Assembly: GCA_964574655.1 (NCBI GenBank)
Contig: CAZNOH010000001.1
Location: 137,852 to 201,851 of the forward strand
Direction: 5' to 3'
Origin: an uncultured Candidatus Saccharibacteria bacterium
GTDB taxonomy: Bacteria; Patescibacteriota; JABMPQ01; JAQVVF01
DNA length: 64,000 bases
In this document: piece by piece, positions 43,629 to 53,703 of the stretch
How positions within the stretch are numbered: position 1 is the stretch's first letter
Layout: every line of letters starts with the position of its first letter
Position numbers and translations under genes: made by a program
Notes under the pieces: model-generated
Seen by the model: the letters and a program-made list of their open reading frames with translations, nothing else
Databases searched by the model: none
Told to the model about the DNA's origin: nothing

Positions 43629-45775
43629 ACTCTGCGGACATCGATTATGCCTTCAATTTTTTGGATTTCATGCAAAACTTCGACAAATTGGTCGAGGTTT
43701 TTTATTTCTAAATGAAGACAAATAATAAAGGTATCTTTTTTGGGATTTTGCTTGGAATGAAAATGTTCAATGTTGATATTGTAATTAGACAAAAGCGTGG
43801 CAATGTCTTTGACCATGCCGATGCGATTCAAGCTTTCTACCTCAATTTTGGCATGGAAATTTTCTTTTATTTTTTGATCCCATTTGGCATCAACTATTCT
43901 TCCTTGTTCAGCCTTTATTAATTCTGGGCAATTATATTTATGAATACTAGCACCTTCAGATCTGGTAATGTGAGCTTTAATTTTGTCATTTATGTTTGGG
44001 CTGCAGCATTTGGCAATTTTGGTTAGAAATCCTCCGGTATTGGAAATTATTGCTCTTGGTTGCGGTTCTTTTTTGAAAAATATAAATTTTTTGTCATCTT
44101 TTTCTAGAATTTCTTTTTCTTCATAGACAGCTTTGATAATTTGATTTAAATTAATTTCTCCTTCACCCAGTGCTGTTAGTATACCATTTAAATCATGGTA
44201 GTTTAATTTTTGAAGTGCTTTTTCAATTTTGTTTTTTGGTATTGTTTCGATTGGTTTGTGTCCGAGTTGAGCAAGCTCATTGTTTAGAATTCTTTTCCCG
44301 TAGGCAATGTTTTTTTCTTTGTTGACTTGCTTAAACCATGTTTTTATTTTACTTTGGGCGATGCTTGTTTTTGCAAAAGTAAGCCAATCTCTTTTTGGTT
44401 TTGCAATTGAAGAAGCAATAATGTTTACTACGTCTCCGTTTTTAATTTTGTAATCTAACGGTGCGATATGGCCATTGATCCAAACTTCTTTGCAACGATG
44501 GCCGACTTCTGTATGAACTTGATATGCAAAATCAATTGGAGTTGCCCCTTCTGGCAGATCCAAAACATCACCTTTCGGGGTGAAAGCAAAAATTCTATCT
44601 TTAAAGATATCTATTTTTAGAGACTCGGCGAATTTTTCGGAACGATTTTTAATAGGTAATTCTTTTTGCCAATCAGTCAATTTTTTGATCCAAGCAATTT
44701 TTTCGGCTGGTAATTTTGCTGGATTTTTGGGTTTTCCAGATTCATCATATTGCCAATGGGCTGCAATTCCGCATTCAGCTTCTTCGTGCATCGTGGCGGT
44801 CCTGATTTGGATTTCAATGATTTCGCCATCAGGTCTGATAATTGTGGTGTGGATTGATTGATAGCCATTTGTTTTGGGAACGGCAATAAAATCTTTGATT
44901 CTGCCGAGTAAAGGTTTCCAATTTTGATGAATCATGCCTAGAACAGTGTAGCAAGTTGAAACATCTTTGACGAGGATGCGGAGTGCAACTAGATCATAAA
45001 TTTTGTTAATATTTTTGTCGTAGCGCAATAATTTCTTGTAGAGGCTGTAATAATGTTTTGCACGGCCATGGATGTTAACATAGTTAATATTTGAAGATTT
45101 AAGTTTTCTTTTTATATCAATAATAACTTTATCAATATATTTCTTTCTTTCTTCAATTCTCTTTTGAGTTAAACTTTTGACCCAATTATATTCGTTAGGC
45201 ATTAAAATTGGAAAGGCATAATCTTCTAGCTGGCCTTTTAGCTCTCCCATGCAAAGGCGGTTGGCTAAGGGGGCATATATGTCTAGTGTTTCGCGAGCTT
45301 TTTCCTGTCTTTTTTTTGGTTCTTTGTAATCAAGAGTAGCCATATTGTGATGGCGGTCGGCTAATTTAATTAAAACAACTCTGATATCTTGTGCCATGGC
45401 TAAAAACATCCTTCTGATATTTTCTGCAGAATAGCTTTTAATATTTTCTTGGTAGACAACTGCTTGTTTTAATTTTGTGACTCCGGAAACAAGCTTGGCA
45501 ACTTCATTGCCGAATTCTTTTTTAACATCTTCTAGTTTTATGCACGTATCTTCAACGGTGTCGTGAAGTAAAGCAGCGACAATAGTTGTTGCATCTAGGT
45601 TCATATCCATCAAAAAAAGAGCCACCTTAACAGGGTGGGTAATAAAAGGCTCTTTACTTTCTCGATATTGTCCAACATGACATTTATTGGCAAAAACATA
45701 AGCTCTCTTGATTAATTCAAGTTCTTTTTCTTGATATAGTTGTTTTGCTTTGTCGAAAAAAAGTTGAGTGTCCAT
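43625..45775 (-). CDS. relA: Bifunctional (p)ppGpp synthetase/hydrolase (RelA/SpoT homologue).
   Basis: HD domain HPVKVALFL...HDTVEDT, synthetase domain YQSIHTTIIRPDGEIIEIQIRT, and TGS/ACT domains. Confidence 0.85.
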   Translation of the reverse strand: MDTQLFFDKAKQLYQEKELELIKRAYVFANKCHVGQYRESKEPFITHPVKVALFLMDMNLDATTIVAALLHDTVEDTCIKLEDVKKEFGNEVAKLVSGVTKLKQAVVYQENIKSYSAENIRRMFLAMAQDIRVVLIKLADRHHNMATLDYKEPKKRQEKARETLDIYAPLANRLCMGELKGQLEDYAFPILMPNEYNWVKSLTQKRIEERKKYIDKVIIDIKRKLKSSNINYVNIHGRAKHYYSLYKKLLRYDKNINKIYDLVALRILVKDVSTCYTVLGMIHQNWKPLLGRIKDFIAVPKTNGYQSIHTTIIRPDGEIIEIQIRTATMHEEAECGIAAHWQYDESGKPKNPAKLPAEKIAWIKKLTDWQKELPIKNRSEKFAESLKIDIFKDRIFAFTPKGDVLDLPEGATPIDFAYQVHTEVGHRCKEVWINGHIAPLDYKIKNGDVVNIIASSIAKPKRDWLTFAKTSIAQSKIKTWFKQVNKEKNIAYGKRILNNELAQLGHKPIETIPKNKIEKALQKLNYHDLNGILTALGEGEINLNQIIKAVYEEKEILEKDDKKFIFFKKEPQPRAIISNTGGFLTKIAKCCSPNINDKIKAHITRSEGASIHKYNCPELIKAEQGRIVDAKWDQKIKENFHAKIEVESLNRIGMVKDIATLLSNYNINIEHFHSKQNPKKDTFIICLHLEIKNLDQFVEVLHEIQKIEGIIDVRRV

Positions 45776-45840
45776 AAGCTATTATTTATAGCATAAAATT
45801 TAATAATCATCAAGTCAAATAGTATTTAGTGAGGTAAAAG

Positions 45841-45868
45841 TAAAACCCCGCAAATGCGGGGTTAAAAA
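45841..45868 (-). terminator. topA intrinsic terminator (CCCCGCA-aat-TGCGGGG, with a T-run on the minus strand).
   Basis: Perfect 7-bp GC stem. Confidence 0.6.
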
Positions 45869-45871
45869 TTA

Positions 45872-48112
45872 TTATTCTTCTTTTTTTTCTGGCTGGTCTT
45901 TTGTGAAATCACATTCTTTGCTCGAGCATTTTATTTTTTTATCAGTAGCATAGATTAATAATGACTGACATTTTGGACATTTTTCACCAGTTGGCTTGCT
46001 CCAGTAGGCATTTTTGCATTCAGGATATTTATTACAAGCAAAGAAGGTTTTGCCTCGTTTCGATCTTTTCTCAATAATATCGCCTTTACCGCACTTCGGA
46101 CATTTGACTCCAGTTGCTTTTTCAATTGGCTTGGTAGTTTTACATTCTGGATATTTAGAGCAAGCTAGAAATTGGCCAAAACGGCCTTGTTTAACAATCA
46201 TAGAAGATCCACATTTTTCACATTTTTCTCCAGCATATTTTTTTTCAAGCTCTTCTTTTTCTTTTTTTTCTGATTCAATTGGTTCAGCGAATTTGCATTC
46301 TGGAAAGCCAGAGCAAGCTTGGAATTTGCCGAAGCGTCCATATTTGATAACAACTGGTTTTCCGCATTTCGGACATTTTTTTCCAGTTTCTTCTTCGAAT
46401 TTTTTAACTTCTTTTTCTTTTGCTTTTAAATTTTTAGCAAAAGGATCGTAGAATTCTTTAATAGTTGGTTGCCATTTTTTTTCTCCTTCGGCAATTTTAT
46501 CTAAGCTTTCTTCCATTAAAGCTGTAAATTTAATATCAACTATTTGTGGAAAATGTTCTACTAGAAGATCATTAACTAAAATGCCGACTTCTGTTGGATA
46601 AAATTTGCGGTTTTCATCTTTGGCAATATAATTTCGAAGTTGAATCGTTGAAATTGTCGGTGCATAGGTTGATGGACGGCCAATACCTTGTTCTTCAAGC
46701 GCTTTGATTAATGTTGCTTCAGAATAACGAGCAGGTGGTTCGGTCATATGTTTGCCTGGAAGTAATTTTATGAAATCTAAAATTTCTTCTTTTGTTAATT
46801 CTGGTAGAATTACTTCTTTAAGTGGCAATTTTCCATCTTGACTGTAGACTTTTAAGAAGCCTGCAAATTTAATAGTTGAACCGTTTGATCTGAAAGTATA
46901 ATTTTTTGCTTTTATGTCAACAGAAATTGAATCTAGAGTTGCTTGTTGCATTTGGCAAGCTAAAGCTCTTTGCCAGATCAAGCGGTAAAGTCTATATTGT
47001 TTTGGATCTAAATTATTTTGAATTTCTTCTGGAACTCTGGCGAAAGATGTTGGTCTGATTGCTTCGTGTGCTTCTTGAGCTCCTTTTGATTTTGTTTTAA
47101 AACGTCTTGGTTCAGGTAGACAATGCTCTGAACTAAATTTTTGTTCAATAACTTTTTTTGCTTCTGTGAGTGCATCCTCAGCTAAATTAACAGAATCTGT
47201 TCTCATGTAAGTGATTAATCCAGTTGATTTGCCATCAAGATTGATGCCTTCGTAAAGTTGTTGAGCGAGCATCATTGTTTGCTTAGCAGAATAGCCTAAT
47301 TTTTTAGAAGCTTCTTGTTGCAAAGTACTTGTAGTAAAAGGAGGTGCTGGTGATTTTTTGATTTCTTTTTTTACGATATCTGAAACTTTATATTCGGCAT
47401 CATTAAGATCGGCAACAATTTTATCAGCTTCTTCTTTGTTTTTGATGTCTAGTTTTTTAAAAGTTGTTTCATCTTTTTTTATTAGTCTTGCTAAGAATAT
47501 TTCTTTAGCATTTTTTTTCTTCAGCTCTGCTTCTATTTGCCAGTATTCTTGTTCTTTAAATTTTTCTCTTTCTCTTTCTTTATCAACAATTAATCGAACA
47601 GCAACAGATTGTACGCGTCCGGCTGATAATCCACGTCTTATTTTTTTCCATAAAAAAGGCGATAGTTTGTAACCAACTAATCTATCTAAAACACGTCTTG
47701 CTTGTTGAGCATCAACTAAATTTAAATTAATTTTTCTTGGCTTTTTTAAAGCATTCAAGATTGCCTTTTCTGTGATTTCATGAAAAACAATACGATCAGC
47801 TTTGTTTTGATCAAGATCCAATGCTTTTACTAAATGCCAAGCAATTGCTTCTCCTTCACGGTCTTCATCAGTTGCAAGTATAACAGCATCTGCTTTTTTT
47901 GCTTCTTTTTTTAAAATACTAACTTGTTTTTTAGCTTTTGTTGGAATTATGTATTTTGGTTCAAAGTTATTTTCAACGTCAACCCCTAATTCAGCTTTGG
48001 GCAAATCTCTGATATGACCGTATGAAGATTCAATAATATAATCTTTTTTAGGCAAAAAGCGAGTTATTGTTCTGGCTTTTGTGGGAGATTCCACTATAAC
48101 TAACTTGGACAT
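45872..48112 (-). CDS. topA: DNA topoisomerase I with C-terminal zinc-ribbon repeats.
   Basis: TOPRIM motif LVIVESPTKARTI...TDEDREGEAIAWH, plus multiple C-terminal CPKCG ... C..C motifs. Confidence 0.9.
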   Translation of the reverse strand: MSKLVIVESPTKARTITRFLPKKDYIIESSYGHIRDLPKAELGVDVENNFEPKYIIPTKAKKQVSILKKEAKKADAVILATDEDREGEAIAWHLVKALDLDQNKADRIVFHEITEKAILNALKKPRKINLNLVDAQQARRVLDRLVGYKLSPFLWKKIRRGLSAGRVQSVAVRLIVDKEREREKFKEQEYWQIEAELKKKNAKEIFLARLIKKDETTFKKLDIKNKEEADKIVADLNDAEYKVSDIVKKEIKKSPAPPFTTSTLQQEASKKLGYSAKQTMMLAQQLYEGINLDGKSTGLITYMRTDSVNLAEDALTEAKKVIEQKFSSEHCLPEPRRFKTKSKGAQEAHEAIRPTSFARVPEEIQNNLDPKQYRLYRLIWQRALACQMQQATLDSISVDIKAKNYTFRSNGSTIKFAGFLKVYSQDGKLPLKEVILPELTKEEILDFIKLLPGKHMTEPPARYSEATLIKALEEQGIGRPSTYAPTISTIQLRNYIAKDENRKFYPTEVGILVNDLLVEHFPQIVDIKFTALMEESLDKIAEGEKKWQPTIKEFYDPFAKNLKAKEKEVKKFEEETGKKCPKCGKPVVIKYGRFGKFQACSGFPECKFAEPIESEKKEKEELEKKYAGEKCEKCGSSMIVKQGRFGQFLACSKYPECKTTKPIEKATGVKCPKCGKGDIIEKRSKRGKTFFACNKYPECKNAYWSKPTGEKCPKCQSLLIYATDKKIKCSSKECDFTKDQPEKKEE

Positions 48113-48205
48113 AAGTTTAAAAAGTAAAAAGTTAAAATTAAAAAGTAAAAAATATTTTTAATTGCATAATTTAAACAATAACGTTTTTTAAATTATTGTC
48201 AAATT

Positions 48206-49297
48206 TTATCTTGCCAGTACATAATTCATCGCGCCTAAATTGCGAACTTTGCCTTTCATTTCCATTATTGTTAAAGTTGCGCTAACTTGGGGAGCAGACA
48301 TTTTTGATTGTTGAACTATTCTATCAACATGAAGTGGTTCTTTAGTAATTATTTTTAGTAATATTTCCTCTTCTTTGGTTTCTGGAACTATTTCTTTGGT
48401 TTGTTGATATGAAGTAGCCATTGATAAGTTTAGCTCGTCTAAAATATCTTGCGCGCAAGTTATTAATTTGGCACCTTGCTTGATCAGGCTATTCGGTCCT
48501 TGAGAATTTTGTGAGTAAATGTTGCCGGGAATAGCAAAGACATCTCGATTTTGTTCTACTGCAAATCTGGCAGTTATCAGTGCGCCAGAATCAGATGGAG
48601 CTTCCGTTACTAATGTTCCGATTGAAAGGCCGGAAATTATTCTGTTTCTAGCTGGAAAATGTTGTTTAAGAGGCAATGTGCCAAGTGAATATTCAGAAAT
48701 AACTGCTCCGTGATTAGCGATAATTTCTGATAATGATTTATTGGAATATGGATAAATGCTTTGGCGGTCGATTCCTGATCCAAGGACTGCTATAGTTCTT
48801 CCCTTGACTGCAACTGCTGCTTGATGAGCTAAGGTGTCAGATCCTAAGGCGAGACCGGAAACTATGGTTATTTTGTTGCTTGCTAGCTCTTGAACAATGT
48901 CGGGAATAATTTGTTTTCCGTATTGAGATATTTTTCTGGTGCCAACAACGCCAATCGCAAATTCGTCTTGTTCTTTTATTTCTCCGCGAATATAGAGAAG
49001 CGCTGGTGGATCATAAATCTCTTTTAATAATTTCGGATAGTTTTTGTCTTTAAGAGTAACTATTTTGATATTCTCTCTTGTTAATTTTTCTATTTCTTGA
49101 TCAGGAGAAATCGTTGGTCGTTTGACTAAAACATAATCAACAATTTTGTCTTCTAGGCCAGCTTTTTTTAATTCAAGTGAATCGGCATGCCAAGCTTGTT
49201 CCATGTTTGGAAAGTAGGTATAAAGTTTCTTAAATCTTCTGGAGCCAATTTTTAGATTTTGATTTAAGGCATTCCAATATTTAAGATCATTGTCCAT
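48206..49297 (-). CDS. dprA: DNA processing protein DprA (Smf).
   Basis: GVVGTRKISQYGKQI...IVSGLALGSDTLAHQAAV Rossmann-like DprA core. Confidence 0.85.
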   Translation of the reverse strand: MDNDLKYWNALNQNLKIGSRRFKKLYTYFPNMEQAWHADSLELKKAGLEDKIVDYVLVKRPTISPDQEIEKLTRENIKIVTLKDKNYPKLLKEIYDPPALLYIRGEIKEQDEFAIGVVGTRKISQYGKQIIPDIVQELASNKITIVSGLALGSDTLAHQAAVAVKGRTIAVLGSGIDRQSIYPYSNKSLSEIIANHGAVISEYSLGTLPLKQHFPARNRIISGLSIGTLVTEAPSDSGALITARFAVEQNRDVFAIPGNIYSQNSQGPNSLIKQGAKLITCAQDILDELNLSMATSYQQTKEIVPETKEEEILLKIITKEPLHVDRIVQQSKMSAPQVSATLTIMEMKGKVRNLGAMNYVLAR

Positions 49298-49416
49298 ATA
49301 GTTTACAAAATCGATAATTTACTTTACAGTAACAAAAAAGATGATTATAGACAAACTGTTGACAAAAATTAGAAAATAAATTATACTGCTGAGTAATTAA
49401 ATTTAATTTTATTTTT

Positions 49417-50148
49417 ATGATTAGTGAACAAAATCAAGAAGAAAAGAAACAAAAAGGAGAAAAGATGTTGAAGATTGTTTTTGGAATTATCTTTGGTATT
49501 TTAGTTTTAGGTTTAGGTGGATATTTGGTTGCTTTCTTAGTTTCAGATAATCTTGGATTCAAGAACTATATTAGTTTAAAGAAAGATAGAAAAGCTGATG
49601 AAGTTAAGACAAATGAGCAAAAAGAAAATACTAACGAAAATACAAACATAGTTAATGAAAATGTAAATAGAGATGAAAATCAAGATATTATTGCTGATTG
49701 GTTGGAATTTGATGTCCAAGGAATTTCATTCTTGTATCCTGAAGTATTGGAAAAGAGTAGAAAAGTAAGGCAGATAGATATTCCTGGTGAAAGAAAATAT
49801 GATTTTTATGATTTTGGAGTATTTGGAATTGGTATTATCAATAACGATGCAAATGAATCTTTGAAAGATGTAATAACTTATAATTTTGATCAAGAAAATT
49901 TATTAAAATTAGAAGATGTGAAGATTGGCAAAGATCGAAAAATAAATGCTTTGAAAGTTACAGTTACGGATGAATTTGATGAAAAGTATGGTATTTTAGG
50001 GATTAAATATTTCTTTGCTGTTAACAATAGAGTATTTTCGATTGTTCCTGGTCAAGCTTTTCCAACTAAAGAGGCAGAAGATTATTATACAAAAAATAAC
50101 ATCAAGAATATTGATGCTTTAATTGAGACTATCCAAGTTAAAAACTAA
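49417..50148 (+). CDS. Hypothetical membrane-anchored protein (N-terminal transmembrane helix, Asn/Glu-rich linker, C-terminal globular domain).
   Basis: ORF only. Confidence 0.4.
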   Translation: MISEQNQEEKKQKGEKMLKIVFGIIFGILVLGLGGYLVAFLVSDNLGFKNYISLKKDRKADEVKTNEQKENTNENTNIVNENVNRDENQDIIADWLEFDVQGISFLYPEVLEKSRKVRQIDIPGERKYDFYDFGVFGIGIINNDANESLKDVITYNFDQENLLKLEDVKIGKDRKINALKVTVTDEFDEKYGILGIKYFFAVNNRVFSIVPGQAFPTKEAEDYYTKNNIKNIDALIETIQVKN

Positions 50149-53100
50149 GCAAAAAATTGTAAACTTTGTTTTAAAGAATTTTTCCAGTCTGGTCCTAGAT
50201 CAGACTGGTTTATTTTTATTTCAGTATCTTCAATATCCCATTGAGGATTTTTTTTGATTAATTCGTAAGCTTTTTGATAATTTGTTTGTCTTTGAAAATT
50301 AATAACAAAACGGTTATAGTTTTTGCCATCTGGCTGATTGATTTGTTTTGTTTTAATAAATTTTATTTTTGCTTTTTGGGCGATGATTTTAAGTTCCAAA
50401 ATATAAAACAGGTTATCAATGTATGATTTTTCTCTAATACCATCTCTAATAATACTAATGTGATCTCGAATATTGTTAATGAGGTTTTGTTCGTATTCTT
50501 GAAGTTCATTAATGTTTTCAATGTTGGCAATTTGTTGATATAATTTTAAACGTTTTTCAAAGTTTGGGAATATTTTTTCAGGAAGATATGCAGATAATGG
50601 TAAATCAAGAGTTGGCGATATTTTTTCTTCTATTGTTTTTTCTTGTCCTGATTTTAGATTTTGGATTGCTTGATTTAAAAGTCGGCAATATAAATTTAAG
50701 CCAATTGTTGTGACAGCGCCTGATTGTTCTTTTCCTAAAATATTTCCAGCACCTCTAATTTCGAGATCTCTAAGCGCTAATTGAAATCCTGAGCCAAGTT
50801 CTTTTGCTTCAAGTAATGCTTCTAGTCTTCTTCTGGCTTTTTCTTTTAATTCAGTGCTTTTGTATAAGAAATAAGCATAGGCTTGTTTAGTGCTTCTGCC
50901 AACTCTGCCTTTTAGTTGATATAAATCAGCGAGGCCGAAGTTCACAGCATTATCAATTATAATAGTATTAACATTTGGAACATCAAGGCCATTTTCAATG
51001 ATTGAAGAAGCGACCAAGATATCAATTTTTTTGTCGTAAAATTCGGACATTATCTTTTCAAGATTGTTTTCTGGCATTTGTCCATGAGCAAAAGCAACTG
51101 AAACTGGCTTATTGTATTTTTTTAATAAGTTTTTAATTTTTTGAGTTGTAGCTTGGATAGTTTGAACTTTGTTATGAAGAAAATATATTTGGCCATTGCG
51201 ATCTAATTCTTTTTTAAAAGCATTCATAATAATTTCTTCTGAATATGGTTTGATAAAATTGGCTACTGATTGGCGGCCTGGAGGAGGAGTGTTGATGATA
51301 CTAATATCTCTTAATCCTGACAATGACAAGTTCAATGTTCTTGGGATAGGAGTTGCTGATAATGCTAAAATGTCGATATTGGCTTTTAATTTCTTTATTG
51401 TTTCTTTATGTTTGACGCCAAATCTTTGTTCTTCGTCTAAAATGAGGAGGCCTAAATCTTTAAATTTGATATCATCAGATAATAGTCGATGAGTGCCGAT
51501 TACAATATTTATTTGGCCTAAGGATAATTTTTTTAAAATGTCTTGTTGCTGTATTTTTGATTGAAAACGAGAAATAACAGCAATCTTTAAATCGAAATTT
51601 TCTAGTCGGTTTTTAAAATTATCAAAATGTTGTTTAGCAAGAATTGTTGTTGGACAAAGAATGGCAACTTGTTTTTTGTCTTGAGTGGCTTTGAAGGCAG
51701 CTCTCAATGCAATTTCTGTTTTGCCAAAACCAACATCGCCACAGATCAGGCGATCCATTGGTTTCTTCAATTTTTTCTTTTCCATATCAATTTTTACTTC
51801 TGCTATAACTTTCAATTGATCAGGAGTTTCTTGATAGGGAAAGCTATCTTCTAATTCTTTTTGTTTTTCTGTGTCAGTTGAAAAAGCAAAGCCAAGTGAT
51901 TTTTCGCGGTTGGCGTAAATTTTTAGAAGATCTTTTGCAATAATTTCAGTTTTCTTTTTAATTTTACTTTTTAATTCTAGCCATGAGGCTGTATGAAGAT
52001 GGTTGATTTTTGGGTGTGATTGACCGATATATTTTGTTATTTTTTCAGAATATTCAACTGGCAAGAAAAGCTTATCATTGTTAGCATATTCTAAAATCAG
52101 ATATTCTTTTTTATTATTATCAATAATCTTTTTTGTTGTTCCTTTAAATAAACAGATACCATGATCCTCATGGACTAAAAAGTCATTGATTTTTAATTCC
52201 GAAATAAAAGCCTCATTAATGCTTTTTTTGTTTTCTGTTCTTTCTTGAATTATTTCATTGTCAGTTAAAAGCAATAATTTATGTTGATTGCTCTTGAAGC
52301 CAGAAATATTTTTTGAATATTCTTTTTTTTCAAAAATGATTTTTGAGAAATTAATATCTAGATTGGCAAATATTTTTTTAATTGCTTTTTCATCTTGGGT
52401 AAAAATAATTATTTTAAAATCTTGGTATTTTTGTAACTCTTTTTTTAATGCCAATAAATTGTTGGCGTAATTTGATATTGATAAAAAGTCTAGGTCAATT
52501 GTTTTTTCTTCTGGAAAAGATTGAATAATAATCTGTGTAAACTCGCTAATTGATTTTTCGAAGTGTTGATATGGTTTGTAAGAAAAAGGATCAATTGATT
52601 CTTTTAAGCTTTCTGGATCATTGATGATCATTAATGCTTGCTTTGGCAACACTAAATAATCAGATAATTTTCCATTGCTGTCATTGGTTTTAATCGGAGG
52701 AATGAGAATGTTATTAATACTTTTTAATGCTTTTTTATTTTTGGGATCAAAGATCTGAATATTCTCAATTTTGTTGCCAATGAATTCCAAGCGAACAGGA
52801 TATTTTTTGTTGATTGGAAAAATTTCAATTAAACCGCCTTTTTTTGAGAAGAGTCCTTTTGCTACTGCATTAGTTTCTCGTTCGTATCCTTGAGAAGCAA
52901 ATTGTTGAGACAAGTCATTTGGGTCAATATTTTCATTTTTCGAAGCTGTAGAAAAATTTTTTTCAAAATTACTTATTTTCGGACATGAACTATTAATGTG
53001 TTCAATGGGAATAATATAAAATCCAGGTTTGTTTTCAGAAATATCAGATAAGAAATTTTGCTTTTTTATAAAGCTCTGCCTTATTTTTTCATTTTCTAAA

Positions 53101-53354
53101 TTCAATGATTTTTCTTCAATTGGCTTAAATATTTTGATTATGATATTTTTATTTTGCCAATTTCTGAGATTTGAATATGTTGATAGGGCAGTATCATGGT
53201 TTTTTACGAAATAAAAAATCGGCTGATCCAATTTTTCTGGGGGTATCAGCTTGGTAATAATGAATGGCTTTGCTTGTTCACAAATGCCGGTAAGAATCGT
53301 CTTTTTGCTTCGCAGGGGTTCAAGATTTTGAACCCCTGCCTGTTGTTCTAGCAT
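50145..53354 (-). CDS. mfd: Transcription-repair coupling factor Mfd.
   Basis: UvrB-homology N-terminus plus the superfamily 2 helicase core GDVGFGKTEIALRAA, DEEQRFGV and the TRG motif. Confidence 0.9.
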   Translation of the reverse strand: MLEQQAGVQNLEPLRSKKTILTGICEQAKPFIITKLIPPEKLDQPIFYFVKNHDTALSTYSNLRNWQNKNIIIKIFKPIEEKSLNLENEKIRQSFIKKQNFLSDISENKPGFYIIPIEHINSSCPKISNFEKNFSTASKNENIDPNDLSQQFASQGYERETNAVAKGLFSKKGGLIEIFPINKKYPVRLEFIGNKIENIQIFDPKNKKALKSINNILIPPIKTNDSNGKLSDYLVLPKQALMIINDPESLKESIDPFSYKPYQHFEKSISEFTQIIIQSFPEEKTIDLDFLSISNYANNLLALKKELQKYQDFKIIIFTQDEKAIKKIFANLDINFSKIIFEKKEYSKNISGFKSNQHKLLLLTDNEIIQERTENKKSINEAFISELKINDFLVHEDHGICLFKGTTKKIIDNNKKEYLILEYANNDKLFLPVEYSEKITKYIGQSHPKINHLHTASWLELKSKIKKKTEIIAKDLLKIYANREKSLGFAFSTDTEKQKELEDSFPYQETPDQLKVIAEVKIDMEKKKLKKPMDRLICGDVGFGKTEIALRAAFKATQDKKQVAILCPTTILAKQHFDNFKNRLENFDLKIAVISRFQSKIQQQDILKKLSLGQINIVIGTHRLLSDDIKFKDLGLLILDEEQRFGVKHKETIKKLKANIDILALSATPIPRTLNLSLSGLRDISIINTPPPGRQSVANFIKPYSEEIIMNAFKKELDRNGQIYFLHNKVQTIQATTQKIKNLLKKYNKPVSVAFAHGQMPENNLEKIMSEFYDKKIDILVASSIIENGLDVPNVNTIIIDNAVNFGLADLYQLKGRVGRSTKQAYAYFLYKSTELKEKARRRLEALLEAKELGSGFQLALRDLEIRGAGNILGKEQSGAVTTIGLNLYCRLLNQAIQNLKSGQEKTIEEKISPTLDLPLSAYLPEKIFPNFEKRLKLYQQIANIENINELQEYEQNLINNIRDHISIIRDGIREKSYIDNLFYILELKIIAQKAKIKFIKTKQINQPDGKNYNRFVINFQRQTNYQKAYELIKKNPQWDIEDTEIKINQSDLGPDWKNSLKQSLQFFA

Positions 53355-53484
53355 GGGCAGATGATAACATTTTTTTTGATGTAAGGCAAGGTTTCAAGCA
53401 AACAAAAAAATGTTTTTTGTTTCAATTTTGTTATTAGTAAATCTTGACAATATTTTTTGCTTTGATAAGATGTTATGAAAATGT

Positions 53485-53600
53485 TTTTTTCATTTTTCTG
53501 TCTGCGAGTAGCCAAAGCAAAACTATCCCTCCTTAAGTTTTGTGAGTAGCTATAAATTAAGCTTTTGCTTAGGCTCGCAGACAGGAAAATGGGAAGAATA
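53485..53600 (+). ncRNA. Candidate small structured RNA: a long imperfect hairpin of about 100 nt (outer stem TTTTCTGTCTGCGAG / CTCGCAGACAGGAAAA with nested CCAAAGCAAAA / TTTTGCTTAGG and CAAAACT / AGTTTTG), with CCCTCC in an internal loop. It is downstream of a promoter-like TTGACA-N17-TAAGAT (53446-53474) and upstream of a second promoter (TTGACT-N17-TATGTT, 53636-53664) for the 53704 gene.
   Basis: I found the inverted-repeat structure by hand; there is no ORF. Confidence 0.3.
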
Positions 53601-53703
53601 TGAAAAAAATCACCTAATGTGGTTTTTTATTTAGGCTTGACTTTTTTTAATTATCTGTTATGTTGGTGTTAGTACTTTCCACGAGGAGAAAAGGAGGAGA
53701 GAG

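Noticed and set aside
45586-45625. GC-rich nested hairpin AGAGCC-ACCTTAACAGGGTGGG...GGCTCT inside relA, considered as another in-frame element insertion.
   Set aside because: It encodes the universally conserved HD-domain block (KEPFITHPVKVA), so it is native coding sequence whose palindromic character is coincidental.
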